Shown: positions 33,004 through 46,303, counted from the first letter of the stretch. The stretch: 64,000 nucleotides of DNA from Magallana gigas (GCF_963853765.1 NC_088859.1:3968001-4032000), one strand, 5' to 3'. The notes: generated by a model not told the origin, from the sequence alone. Translations and numbers: made by a program.

Positions 33004-33399
33004 CTTTTTTCGTAAAAAAAAACAAAACAAAACACAACTATATCTTTTGCCTATAATATATCGATAAGGTAGGAGGCATTTTCTCATTACGAGCGTTAAA
33101 ATAAATAACGCAAAAATGATTGTGCTTATATTGCATATAGTAATATGAATCAGGAGAAAAGAATTTATGAAAAATTTATTTTAAAAATATGGAATTTTTA
33201 CTATAAGTACAATAAAAAAAAATCTAGGCCACCTGAATGCTGAGTCACCAATAGATGAATTGTGATTTTTTTTTACCTTCCCACCCTGGGACCTCATTGG
33301 CGGGGCCTTTGTGAAAAAAAATGACAATACTCCGACACATGAAAAAAAAATTATGCAATATAATTATATCCATGAATCCTCTCCAAAATATATTTGAGA

Positions 33400-33904
33400 A
33401 AAATTAAATACATAATTATATAATTTCCATGAAGCCATCTACTTAAATTGTGGAATTCATGGCTCCTGGCTCAGAAGTTAGGCCTAATATGACCGTATAG
33501 TGAAAACTTCAATGTACAGCAGGGAAGATAAACTGAATGCATGATTAATACGATGTTCATGAAGCCCTCAATCAAAATTGAAATTAATGGCCTGTGGGTC
33601 ATGGGTCCAGGCCCTTTGGTGGGACTGATATTGCCAAATATTGAAAATATATTTAATTTTAGAACCCTGGAGCCAGGGTATAGATGATCCAAGATTCTTC
33701 CGACACTTACCATGGTTCTATTTATTATTTGATGTTTGCAAACATCAAATAATAAAAGCACGGGTAACAGTGAAAGGAGTCTTGGATTATAGAGTTTGAA
33801 CTACAAAGTGAAGCTTAAAATGCAAGCACGAGACTCACTGACAAGTCCACCCAAGTACATGGTATGGTACTCAGGTGACCGTCAATGCCTGTGAGCTCCT
33901 TGTT
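33400..33904 (+). mobile_element. 3' part of a Helentron-like non-autonomous element
   Basis: Ends CTCAGGTGACCGTCAATGCCTGTGAGCTCCTTGTT, the same type of 3' terminus as 15748 and 19680. Left boundary approximate. Confidence 0.55.
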
Positions 33905-34007
33905 ATAAGATATGCTATATGTATCACAGTGGCGTATTTCTATAGGTCAGGGATGTTTGCTTTTGTTTTTACGGATTCATCAGTCGTAAGCTTTCTCTGT
34001 ATTACAG

Positions 34008-34553
34008 ATGGGGAACCAGCAGGCTATCCTGAGTGACATTGACATCCATGAGCTGAAGGACACCACTCCTTTCTCGGACAGTGACCTCAAGACACTCGAA
34101 CAGCGTTATCATGCACTCGACCCATCACCGGATGCCACTGACGGAATTCCGTACGATAAAATGATTCTACTTCCGGAGTTCCGAGGCAATGAGTTGTGTC
34201 CCCTTGTCGTAGCGGCAAATTTAGACGGACGGTCAGGACGAGTTTATGCCAAGCAGTTCGTTCAGATCTTTGGAATTCTTAGCCCGAAAGCAAACCCCGA
34301 GGAAAAGAAAGAGTTTTTGTTTGAGCTTTTCAACATTTACGGGGCAAACATTCTAACACACGACGAGATGTACCGGTTTTTTAAGACGCTGTTTGACAGG
34401 GCCTTTAGTGACGACCACATCTTGGCGCTGACATATCGAGCTCTCAACAACAACTCGCTGAAGAAAAAGGGGGAGGTAACGAAGGCGGAGTTTGTAAAAC
34501 TGATTCCAGATCACGAAATAATCAACAGGATGTCCATAGAATTGCTACTATGA
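34008..34553 (+). CDS. Calcineurin-B/CIB-like EF-hand protein, N-myristoylation signal, single coding exon, 181 aa
   Basis: MGNQQA start preceded by a splice acceptor (TATTACAG|ATG). Colinear with the calcineurin B pattern (LPEF..N.L..., F.....K...EK..F.F..., GEV...EF), but the EF loops lack most acidic ligands. Confidence 0.75.
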   Translation: MGNQQAILSDIDIHELKDTTPFSDSDLKTLEQRYHALDPSPDATDGIPYDKMILLPEFRGNELCPLVVAANLDGRSGRVYAKQFVQIFGILSPKANPEEKKEFLFELFNIYGANILTHDEMYRFFKTLFDRAFSDDHILALTYRALNNNSLKKKGEVTKAEFVKLIPDHEIINRMSIELLL

Positions 34554-36289
34554 TGAATATGGTTGAACAAATTCAGCAAGGGACTTGTCCTGTTGTGAGC
34601 TTATAAACAAACATTCGCTTAAGATTTGTTTCTGTCTGAATGGAAGACTCAAGGGTCAAATAGTTTGGAGCCATTCGATGATCGTCATTGAGCAGTCATC
34701 AAAGCGTCAAACAATTTACAAGCTCTAAATGACACAAGCGTCAAATGATCCATGTTCACGACGCAAGTCACGACGCGTCGTGATCACATAGGCGTCAAAC
34801 AAATGTTTAACCAAGCCACATGTGATGTAATGATGAAATCCACTCGACGTTAATTAAGTGGTCGTATAAGCGTCAAATTATTAATCCAACTCCAATTGAT
34901 ACACCAAAGTTTATTAAGCGTCTCTATGCGTCATGTATCAAATGAATAGCGAGCGTCATATTTGGGGATCAGCTGAAGAAGTCATCGATTCCAGAGAGAC
35001 TGTAAAAGTTTCTGACTGTGTGGATGCTGGGATCATGTGGTACTTTTCTAGTCATGTATCCGGATAGAAAATGATATTTCAAATAAAAGATGAACATATT
35101 TTACAGCGTTTACATCAAAGTTACTCTCACTCATTAATACTGAAACAAAAGTGAACAGTTTGAGCATATTGTGTTAATAGACCCCATAGACCACATATAT
35201 TTATATTCTATATGCATTTATAGAAAAAAAGTTATTTCACAAGTTGTACACGGGTTGATTAAGAGTGGTCTTTCTTGATTCGGAATAAAGACAGGTAACT
35301 GAGGACTGTTCACTTATTAAAGAGTCATTGAAAGATTCGATAAAAATCTGAAAATTTCAGATTCAAGAAATCTTTTTTGTTGAACAAATTCATGAACATC
35401 TCTTTACTTTGATAAAAAGAATTATTGTTTGCGTTTTGTTTTTGTTTTGTTTTCTTATAACATTTAATACGGGTTCTATTATATCCGATACCAATTTTGA
35501 TGTTAATCATAATGTGATATCTACATGTATTTCAAATAAATGCAAAATATATTTTTTTTAAATCATAGGAAAATTACTAATTTGAGATAAATTTAAGGGA
35601 GGGGTAATAATAGTACTTAAATATCTATGCCTCAGTATATTATTTAAAATGACCAGAACAACTTTATCAGCACGGCACATTGTGATTGAATTTAATACAA
35701 AAGTGAAAATACTTGGGACAAACTACTATATGATAATCCCATATTTTCGAAACTGGCGAGATCGATGTCTTGTTCATTGAAAGACATAAATTTTGATATA
35801 AGTACACAAATTCTGTCGACTATCGTAATTACTATAGAGACCTCATAGACGGGGCACCTGCCCACATAGCTAGGGCAGCTCCGCGCTCCATGGAGTTACT
35901 CCTATACGTTACAATTACCAGGAACTTCGGAGATGAAACTTTACGAGGGTCCAGTCACATCAACAAGGCAATCAGACGTGGAGTCATCTGTGCTTTTAGG
36001 CCACCAGCAAAGATTTACTGGTTCTTGTCCTACCTGACACGCCATGGATTGTAATTAACCTCGTCTTTTCCAATTGACATGGAACCTTTCATCGTCAGAG
36101 AAAAATTAGTACTAACTTGATCTAGCTGCCGTATGTTACATTCATGTTGTGCGCTGTTACCTGTTTACCTGATTCTTGTTATTTCTCTGATGCTCCCATA
36201 ACTGCGAAATTTGTTCTTGAACTTGTTAATTTTTTTTTTTACTAACTGTTCCACTAGTACCTACTGATTGTTTGTATGTTATAATGTTC

Positions 36290-36887
36290 CACTGGTACCT
36301 GCTGTTTGTAGTTGATTGTCTGTTAGTTTGTTCCACTGGTACCTACTGTTTGTAGTTGATTGTCTGTTAGTTTGTTCCACTGGTGCCTACTGTTTGTAGT
36401 TGATTGTCTGTTAGTTTGTTCCACTGGTGCCTGCTGTTTGTAGTTGATTGTCTGTTAGTTTGTTCCACTGGTGCCTACTGTTTGTAGTTGATTGTCTGTT
36501 AGTTTGTTCCACTGGTGCCTACTGTTTGTAGTTGATTGTCTGTTAGTTTGTTCCACTGGTGCCTACTGTTTGTAGTTGATTGTCTGTTAGTTTGTTCCAC
36601 TGGTGCCTACTGTTTGTAGTTGATTGTCTGTTAGTTTGTTCCACTGGTGCCTACTGTTTGTAGTTGATTGTCTGTTAGTTTGTTCCACTGGTGCCTGCTG
36701 TTTGTAGTTGATTGTCTGTTAGTTTGTTCCACTGGTGCCTACTGTTTGTAGTTGATTGTCTGTTAGTTTGTTCCACTGGTGCCTACTGTTTGTAGTTGAT
36801 TGTCTGTTAGTTTGTTCCACTGGTGCCTACTGTTTGTAGTTGATTGTTTATCTGTTATAATGTTCCACTGGTACCAACTGTTTGTAG
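36290..36887. repeat. 44-bp minisatellite (about 13 units); one more unit resumes at 37953
   Basis: Unit CCACTGGTGCCTACTGTTTGTAGTTGATTGTCTGTTAGTTTGTT. Confidence 0.95.
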
Positions 36888-37952
36888 TTTTTTTTTTTTT
36901 ATAATTTATTGTTTTTGTTCCATACATACTAATACTAATGTTGACAATAATAAATTTAGTTTTTATAAATTTTATACACATGCATACTCACTCACACACA
37001 AGTATATTTACATACATTTTTCAATATTAGTGGTAAATGGTTACTTTGTTTCAAAAAAAAAATAAATAAGAAAAACCCAAAAATAAAAAACAAAAAAATA
37101 AATAACAAATAATAATACGAATAGTAATAATCATAATATCATAAACTAATCTAAAATGTTTTTCCATGTAAGCCACAATTTTTCAAAATTGCGCAGCTTT
37201 TGATTTTGGATAGCAGCATATTTTTCTACATGATATTTTAATCTTAAATGACTGAGTAATCCAAGAAAATTTGGCATTTTATTTTGCATTAAGGATATAA
37301 AAATATATTGTTTAACATATAGAATTATGAAGTTTATAACCCTGTTAGTGTTTGACAATAGTAGCTCACCAAGAATAACATTCAAAACATTAAAACCAAC
37401 TCTTTCAGAGGTCTGTCTGTATATATGTAGACTTAAATCACTCCAGAGTGTTTGTACTTTATCACAAGCAAAGAAAACATGTATTATTGTTTCAACATTT
37501 TCCATACAAAAACCACAACAATCAGAAGTTTTAATGTTAATTTTCTTAAGGTATTTTCCAACAGGAACAATTCTATGCAAGATTCGAAATTGTAACAACT
37601 GGGCAGAAGAATCACTAGTGGTTTTATAACAAATTTTAAAAACATCTTGCACTGATATTCTGTCTACTCCATAAGGCATAAGCTCTGCCTCCCACTTGCT
37701 GATTGAGGTTGGAATAGCCTCATTTTTATTCAAAAAATTATAAAAGATTTTTGAACATTTTTCAGAAGATATGAGAGGTTCAAAAAATAAAGGTACATAT
37801 GGATTAGGAAGTCTTTTGAAAGAAGAACTATCTATTAACAATGATTTCAAATATTTTGAAATAGCTGTAACAATACTACATGTATTGTATTGCATCACAC
37901 ATCTGTCAGATAGATTGTATGTGTTTTTAAGAACTCCAAAGTCTAAAAGATT
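36888..37952 (-). mobile_element. 5'-truncated L1/Tx1-clade LINE with poly(A) tail and TSD
   Basis: Minus-strand ORF2 C-terminus with zf-RVT-like motif (FRILHRI...CCGFC...ETIIHVFFAC..V..LW), stop at 37146, 3' UTR, poly(A) seen as the T-run from 36888. ACTGTTTGTAG duplicated at 36877-36887 and 37953-37963. Confidence 0.85.
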
Positions 37953-39769
37953 ACTGTTTGTAGTTGATTGTCTGTTAGTTTGTTCCACTGATACCTATAT
38001 TGTTTGTAGTTGATTGTTTGTCTGTTATATTGTTGATTGTTTGTTTGTTATATTGTTTCATTTTTAACTGACTAATCATGCGCTACTGTGACCTCTTGAC
38101 CCAGTCATTACTATTATGCAGGTATAACAACGATTTGCTCAAAAGTAAAAATAATTGTAAGTGTAAATATATTTCACTATACTTCACAGTGATTTTCCTC
38201 TGATAATTTAATGTGTCAATACAGTGATGTTTCTCTTTCGCAATAGAGTAAAAAATAAACTTGAACTAAACCTTAGTGAGCCACCCAGCCCGCGGGCCTC
38301 TTCAAAGAAAAGCATCAGCAAGATCAAAAACCAAAAAAGACCTCACTAGTTTTCCATTAATTCAATTATTTATTACTTTTTCATGTTTTAAATGTAATTA
38401 ATCTTATCTCCATGCTGTTTTCCCCAGTTTACTAGTATGTGACCTCTATTAAGGCTTGTATTGTTTGTGAAGCGTACTAATTAATCATTACTGGAAGTAA
38501 AGAATTATTAATGGATACGCAAACAGAGTCGAAACAACTACCTGCTATTTGTTGTCGAAAAATAAGAGGTCTTTTCACTCTTATTGATTTTATTAAGGAA
38601 AACATTCATTAAAATACGCAAGTAATACATATAATTTTGATTTTTAAATTGGTCTATTTGTGCTTCGTTAAAAAAGGTATAAACTGAGACTTCAAAGATG
38701 ATTGTGTCCCTTTTAACTTTCAAAAACTTTTCAAGGTCAAAGTTATCAATATATAGATGTTATAAACGCTTTGAAGAAGATTTCATATGAGCATGTTTCT
38801 ATTACATGTATACATGTACGTTTCAAGATGAGCTAGATTGGTACCATCTCCAGAAAGTTTAATATCGACATTTGGAATTACCTTGATCTTCCACTTCATT
38901 TAATGGTCGTAAAATTAGCGTAAAATTGTTGAACCGTCCATTGGAACTATTGGATTTTTTTAACGGATTTTTTTTTTATTAATCCACACAGTCTGAGAGA
39001 TCCCCAAAGACGACTGAACTTAAAAACAAGTTGTGAATTTGAGGAATAAATGTCTTGGGATTTTAATAAAATGTTTATAACAATGTGTATTTTTCGTTTT
39101 CAATTAGTGACGACTTGTAACATGTAATACAGAAGGTTTTCATTCATATGAACCACGTTAGATGCGTTTTAATATGTGTTAGCTTTGGGAGTTTTTTTCT
39201 GTAAGAAATTTGAAATGAAATGAAAAACTATATACGGATAAAAAAGGAAAGAAACTGTTTAACGTTAATAAAAAGTGTCAATGGCAATGGATTTTTTCTA
39301 TCTAATTAAAGGGTATTTAACTCAATTAAGAATTTCACAGTCATGTTGCAATTAAAAACAAAAATGAAATTAAAATACTAAGTAATTTAAACCATTTCAA
39401 CAAATATCTAAAATCAAAATTCTTCTTGTAAGCGTTGGTTATCAAATATGAAAATGCTGCTTAAGTTAAACTTAATTACTCAGTAATTAATGTATTTTTA
39501 TGTTCTTTTTACATGAACGCCAATTTTTATTCATATTATAATGTTATATTTTGGGATTCAAATACACTGTACAGAAAACTCCATGTTGCGAGCACAATAT
39601 GAATTACCTGGGTTATTCGAGATGTGATCGATCAAAACTCAGTAATTAATTGTCTCTTTGCACGGCAAAACTTTCAGAAAATGAGACGATATTCATATTG
39701 CATTGATGTGATGAAGTATTACGTCCTGTGGCTCTTAATAATCCTAATCTGATGAAAATGTCCCCAACA

Positions 39770-40300
39770 TATGCGACGGCCGAGCGTGGTCAACCTGTAC
39801 GTGATCTTCTATAATAAGGACCATCAGTCGCTGTAATCGCGCGAGATTATCGCGCCTTTCTTGGGTGATAATAGGCCATGATTACAAGCTTGTGACGAAT
39901 CCTCTGTCCACAATTTACGGTACGACTAGCTGGTCTACAAGGAGGTACCTGTCATCATTCCCGTTCCAACCCCAAGCCTCCTTTTCTCTCCATGTCCGCG
40001 AGGTGAAGTCCCGCGAGATTCCCGCGAGATTTTGTAGCAGAAGAAGAAGCTCTGCAGCTCTGGCATGTAATGATTTTTAATTCGTCAGATTGATGTAGTT
40101 TTTATAGCAGTCGGTAAAGGATGTAGAATTTCTTTGCATCGATCAGACATCGAGAGAAAGGAGAGGTAAGCGATCGATACGACCGTCACGGCCGACGCTC
40201 AACTGACAAGAAACAAAAGTTCCGGAGAGAGAACCGCTCCGTGCGGAAACCATCCAATTTCATTGATTTCTTTTTAGCTCTGACTTTCATTCGCAAACCG
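39770..40300 (+). promoter_or_regulatory. CpG-enriched probable promoter / non-coding first exons of the arrestin gene
   Basis: Locally CpG-rich, repeated CGCGAGATT, and strong donors G|GTAAG at about 40165 and 40300 upstream of the ATG exon. Confidence 0.4.
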
Positions 40301-41031
40301 GTAAGTTGATCTCATTATCCATATATTCATTATTGAAGAGAGTAATGAACAGAGGTGCTTATAATGACACAGATCCGAACGGTTCCGAATTGGCAGCTAA
40401 AACATCCCCGAGTGCCGCGTCTGGTGACGTAGATAGTCCCCCGCGCGATAGAAAATGTCGTCTGCTTTAATTGAAACAGTAAGATGTGTGAAAATCTGAT
40501 ATTTTGTCTTTTCTTGTAGTTGACATTTATAGATTATTGAAAGGTTAAATCCACAATTCCTCTCGCTTAGTATTGTGTTTCCGCTGCGACCAGAAAACGG
40601 CACCAAAAGCAGACCATCTTGTAAACTCGCGTTAAGACTCCAACACACAAGCTGTACGTATCGGTGATATTATGTTGTGAAGTGTAACATTAAAGAAAAC
40701 TGATAATTAGCGAAATAATCACAATGTGGTATTGATCGCAGCCCAATGGCAGATTCTCACAAATTTAATGAAGCAGTGATCACCCCTGACAGGTTCAACG
40801 TCTGCTCGGTGCTCCGGACTGGAAGTGAGGACTTTTACTTTCGGTGGAATTGAGTACTGTGTGTGGCATTAAAATTGAGAACTGTGTGTTGGCACTGGAA
40901 CTAAGGCCTTGTGGCGTCCTCGAGTTGAGGTCCTGCTGAGGCTTGAGGTCTTGTGGTGTCCTTTGAATTGCCTTTTGGAGGCCGCCTTGTGCGGTGCTTA
41001 ACGTCTTGCGGTGTTAATTCATGATGATGTC

Positions 41032-44000
41032 ATGGATTGCGTGACAAAATTCGACATTGAGTTGGACAAGGATATCTTCTACGCTGGAGAGACCTTGACC
41101 GGACACATTATTGTGCAGAATACAGAGAACATCAAAGTACAAGGTGGGTGTCCTCCCCATAGAGGGTCCTGTACAGGCCTGATACAAAAAACGGGTTCAC
41201 CCTTTAACTGTAGTGAAACTAAAAAGTCTGATACAGAAAATGGGTTTACAACTTCACACACAAACCAATGAAAGTAGAAGTCTTATACAGAAAAGGGGTT
41301 CACATACCAACTAATGCAAGTAAAAGGTCTGATACAAGAAAGGGGTTGCTGATAAACTTAAAAATGCCAAATATTTTGTTTTAAACAATTGCGTCATGTG
41401 TACTAGACAACCGTCGGGTAGCCGATATGAACACCTCCCTACCAGGACCACTCGCACACTAACCTGGTGACAAGGCTGACTGATCGATACTAACGCGTCA
41501 AAATATCTGCATTCTTCATTCTCTCTGATGATGCACCGTATAAATGTTATTACATGTTACAGGTTTCATAATGTAGAAAGCGGGGAATATACTGGGGAAG
41601 GGATTGAGTCCAATATAGAACCATTTCAAAAAGACCTTGGACTTTTGGTTGCACGTAGCTATCTATTCTTGCGTCAAAACAAGTTTAAAATGACGCAGTC
41701 TCAAGCGAAATATTCACCGATTGCGTAGTCTTGGCTCAAAAGCCAGACAAATCTTGTTGATTTCAAAGAGCCATGGCTGAGTGGCCAGCAATGTAATAGA
41801 CAGGCTTACGTCACATTGCTGTTTGACACAACTACCCAAAGTCCAAGCTTTTGTTAAAATGGTTCTAATTCGGACCAGGTACTTCTTTCGAGGGGCACTT
41901 TATTTATTTTATCTACCCCAAACCATTGTCCACTGAAAGTTTACTATTTCAAGAGCAACTGTGCGACAACATTTATAAAGAAATAAACGTGATATTGACC
42001 CAATACAAGATCAAATAACCATGCACATATACATATCTGGTTAATATAACATGCATTGAGGGGATAGTGACATTCATTTTATTTGATCGATGATATTGAT
42101 GTGAAGGAAAAGTAGGTAATAGTTACCAACAGACTATGAGGCTGCATTGCTGGGTGGTGCAATGTAGGTTTTGTTCTTTCATGAAAACAGATAGTAGCAA
42201 AAAAACTTGGAAAGAAAACAACCACGTTCTTGTTACATTAATCAGTTAGGAGATTCCATAAATATCATGTGTCATATACAACAATGACTCATTAGCACAA
42301 GAAGTACTTTAGTCCTGTAAATATGCCTCCCCAAAATGACCGAAATAATTTACCCAGCAGTCCGTCAAACAAGACATATGAGTCTGTCCAGAGGTGTCAT
42401 AAACGGAACAAATACATTGTTATCCTATATCTTTGTGAACACTTGAACTGGTCATCTGTTTTATATAGCTCTCCTCTCCGGTTCTCTCTTTTCCAGGGAT
42501 AAGACTTCTTTTGCGCGGCAAATCCCACGTTGAATGGAAGGTCACCAAGGCGGGGGAGAGGCGGACGGTGAAGGATGACGAATACTACATCGACGAAAAG
42601 AAGGTGGTGTGGGGGAAAGGTAAGATGTCTGTACAGAACCAACGATAAACGGCGAGAGTTCCGCATAGGGTGATAAAAACCATAATTGAACACGCCAGAT
42701 ACTCGAACAGGTGTTTAGTCATAATAACAGCAGTAATGGTTCTCCGCCGACTCCCTGCTATATCCACAAGGAGGAAAAATCAATGTGGTGTTGCCTTGTT
42801 TTGTACATGTTGTCACAATAGATTACGGTCATTATCTGCCGGGGATCACGGACCATTGAATGTCGAATGCCCATTGTGCAATAACTTTACATGTTTTTTA
42901 TTTGTTTTTGTAAATTTCGTAAGTACCACCAACCAATTACAAATATACAATATACAAACAATATACAACGAATTTTGAAAAACAGTCCTAATATATTATA
43001 CCTGTACATACAAATATACATCCCAAAAAAAACCCTTCTGAAAACATCCATTAAAATCAGCCTCCGTCAAGTTGACTACACAATAGAAAATTTTATGAAT
43101 GTAAAATATCATAATATGCTTATGCAAACTATTGTCAACAGATAAAAAGGAAGTCGAAGGAGGTGTTCCCATCATGCCACGTGGTAACCATAGATACAAC
43201 TTCCAATTCAAACTTCCAGAGAGTACTCTGCCATGCTCGTTTGAGAGTAAAGTGGGCACCATTAGGTACTATCTACGGGCAACCATGGACATGCCCGTGT
43301 CTTCCTCTCCCCAGAGCAAAAAGTACTTCTCTATCATTGGTCCCCACATCGATTGTATGGACGAGCGCTACCTAGTGAGTGATCCGTGTCTTCTAACGTT
43401 TATCTCTTTGTCACAATGAAAACATCGACATGTTACATGCACAACCACAAAGAACCAAAATTAACAGAAGCTTTGATCAATTCTCAGTGTCGTCGTTTTA
43501 ACTAAATGAGACAAGTTCTAGAAGATTAGTAGATGCTAGGTGTACATACATGTAGGTTGTTGATTCTATTCTTACACCCATCCACTCGTTTTGTAGACCC
43601 CCTCCCGGGCCAGTGACAAGATTAGTAGATGCTAGGTGTACATACATGTAGGTTGTTGATTCTATTCTTACACCCATCCACTCGTTTTGTAGACCCCGTC
43701 CCGGGCCAGTGACAAGCGCTACTCCTGTTGCTTCTGTTGCTCACAGGGCCCCGTGGCTTTGGAGGCAGTGCTAGAAAGAAGTGCCTACTGCGCAGGCGAA
43801 AATATCAAGCTCCGCGCAGAAATACAAAACGGAAGTGACCAAGATGTGTGGCTTGTGTGTAAACTAGTGCAGGTAATGAGATCGATGGAATACGATACAA
43901 AGATAGATGCTTCCCATTAGATAACAGGATACTAAATAAGTTTTATTTTTCAGCATGTGGAGTTTTTTATCAACAAAGGAGTTCTAGGTTTATGCAAAGA

Positions 44001-45571
44001 AGCCTCGCACAAAGTGTGGCAATATCGCGGGGACACGGTGCGCGCCCATGCGACGGAGAAGTTTGACGATCTCCAGCAGTACCTTCAACTTCCGGTGGTT
44101 CCGCCTTCCATGGTGGATGTTTGTAGTTTAGTTCAAATTTATTATACACTAAAGGTCAGTATACTTCTATGACATGTCACTAAGGTCAGACATCATTCTT
44201 TGGTAAAAGTTTATGTACAACACAGTCGGACACCATTCAAAGATATTCAGAAGATTTACATTTACTGCAAAATCAGACACAATGCTTTAATTAATTTAAG
44301 GTTGACATACCACTGTATAAAAAACACACCAATATCTCATGATTTTAAGTAAAAGCACAACTGACTGACGCGACTCTTATTGTAAAGTGATAAGTGGATT
44401 CCCATATTATTCTCCGAATACTACATGTATGTACTCCCGGTAAAATGTTTAACATGTAAGTTTAGGAATTTCAACAACCATTCTGACATGAGTGTGCTAC
44501 TTTTTGCTTTCAACAACCAAAAAATCGGTCTATAATTGCAAGTTGCGGGTTGAATGTTGCCACCATTGCTTGTTGGCAAGTTCTTAATTATCTGGCAGTG
44601 TGTTGTAAGGCTGTGACGTTCGCGCACCTTGCTCTATTTAGGTCTGCCTGGTGATGGAGGAGTCGGGGGAGGTGCTGGACCTCCACTTCCCGGTCACTGT
44701 GGCTACGACGCCTTACAGGATCCCTAACGCACCTTATCCTATACTACAGTACGGTAAGGCGCCATGGTTAAACTGATGATGATAGATAATGAGTTGGTCT
44801 CCTCTACAAATGGCTTATTGAAATTGTTCTTTCTAATCAACACCTTTCAAGAATATTTTTAATCAAATGTTAGAAAAATTTGCTTGGAAATCGTTCCTTA
44901 ATTAATCAGATAGGAGCCATACAAAGCCTGGTCAGCTATGATAGGCAACAAAATAAATAAGCTCAAAGTTTTTTGCCAATAGAAAAGGAAGAAAATCTTG
45001 AGATCTCCATTGGATGGTTTTGTATGTTACAGATCACTGTGTCCCTAACGTGGAGGGCGGAATGTACGTGAGCTCCGAGTTCCAGCTGGGTCAGGTGTAC
45101 ATGGGGGACGGGGAGGAGGAGACGGACGAGGTCATCCTTTTCCGGCCCCTGTACGTCTGCGTGCCCCACGAGCGCCTCCAGGTCAACAGCCTGGAAAAGG
45201 AAGGCGGAGTCAGTCGTGCGGCGTCCCGGATGTCGATGACACGATTGAGTGACCGACTCAAGTTCAAGGAGCCCCGGGTCACGGTCATATCCTCGGAGAA
45301 AGACTCTGCTAAAACGGACAGCGAGGAGGCTTCCCCCTCCCACGTGACCTCTCACGCGGACGGACTTTCACCACTGTTTGCCCAAGTTGACCTTGAGTCA
45401 CAGTTTAATCAAAAACCATCAGACGACCTGACCAAGGGCCAGCTGGAGGACGTCTGTGAACAAGACACGGACCCTCACTGTTCCGTCAAAAACACTGACA
45501 TTACAAACTCCGAGGTCAAGGTCTGTCTCGATGTGACCGATAGTCACCTTGAACTTCCCAAACAGACTTGA
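41032..45571 (+). CDS. Alpha-arrestin (arrestin domain-containing protein), 7 coding exons, 499 aa
   Basis: Exons 41032-41143, 42497-42619, 43142-43374, 43693-43872, 43954-44154, 44642-44753 and 45033-45571; all GT/AG, phase-consistent, 1500 nt. Motifs FYAGETLTGHI, G.H.Y.FQFKLPE..LP.SFE...G.IRY, AYCAGENI.L.AEI.N.S, YYTLKV, .PVTVAT. Confidence 0.9.
43522..43716 (+). repeat. 96-bp tandem duplication spanning the intron 3 acceptor and the first 24 nt of exon 4
   Basis: Units start at 43522 and 43618; acceptors TTTTGTAG end at 43596 and 43692. Confidence 0.93.
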
Positions 45572-46300
45572 ATGATGTCTGTGACAAAGTATTACACAAC
45601 ATGGCTTGCTCACATCTTTTTTTTGTGGACAACCTTGACCTTTATTATTTTTTCTTTAAAATTTATAAAGTGTCAAATCAAAAAGTACGTATATAGCAGA
45701 AATATTTGTATATAATTTTTAATTTCTTGCACATTTTTCTACGAACTAACGGATTTTTCATACGAGCACCTGTTGACGTTGTGTAGACAAGGCGTTGTGT
45801 TGTATGGGTGGGGCTCTAAGCCGTGTGGTCAGGATTCCGCTTGTTTATTGGCGGTTGGTTGTGGTTTTAACCTACTTGTGACATCTTTTGATTAATATTT
45901 AAAGTACTATCATGGTGATAGATCTAATAAAAGGAATGTCAGTAGTCTCTAACAATCAAATCAATAAATAATTTTCAGAAGTTATTTTACTTCTATGCAA
46001 CGTATCATGTGGTGTCTTTATACATGTAGTTCATAAATCGGAGTGTGTGTGTGGTTTATTTACAAAAAATGGTATATAGATTTAGAGCTGTGCATGTAGT
46101 CTCATTATAATACTAAATGGACTATTTTTTTATTTTTTCTAAAGCGAGAATATGAAATGCGTAAAAAATTATGTTGGCTTTTAACTTCACACCATAAATT
46201 TGAATTTTAAAACAATATAGTGTGAGAAATCCATTACACTAATGCACACAAAAAACATTAACACAAAATTCAAACTGTGATTTGGCAAGAAACACTATAA

Positions 46301-46303
<3 letters not shown>

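Noticed and set aside
35830-36130. GC-richer segment before the minisatellite, possibly a TE remnant
   Set aside because: No ORF, termini or motif I can support.
36290-36887. Regular 44-bp array as a CRISPR array or coding repeat (track ORF 36763-36981)
   Set aside because: Units are contiguous with no unique spacers and no cas genes, and 44 is not a multiple of 3. It is a minisatellite.
43717-43745. Cys cluster CCFCC in the arrestin as a novel metal site
   Set aside because: Cys-rich stretches at the start of the C-domain are common in alpha-arrestins.
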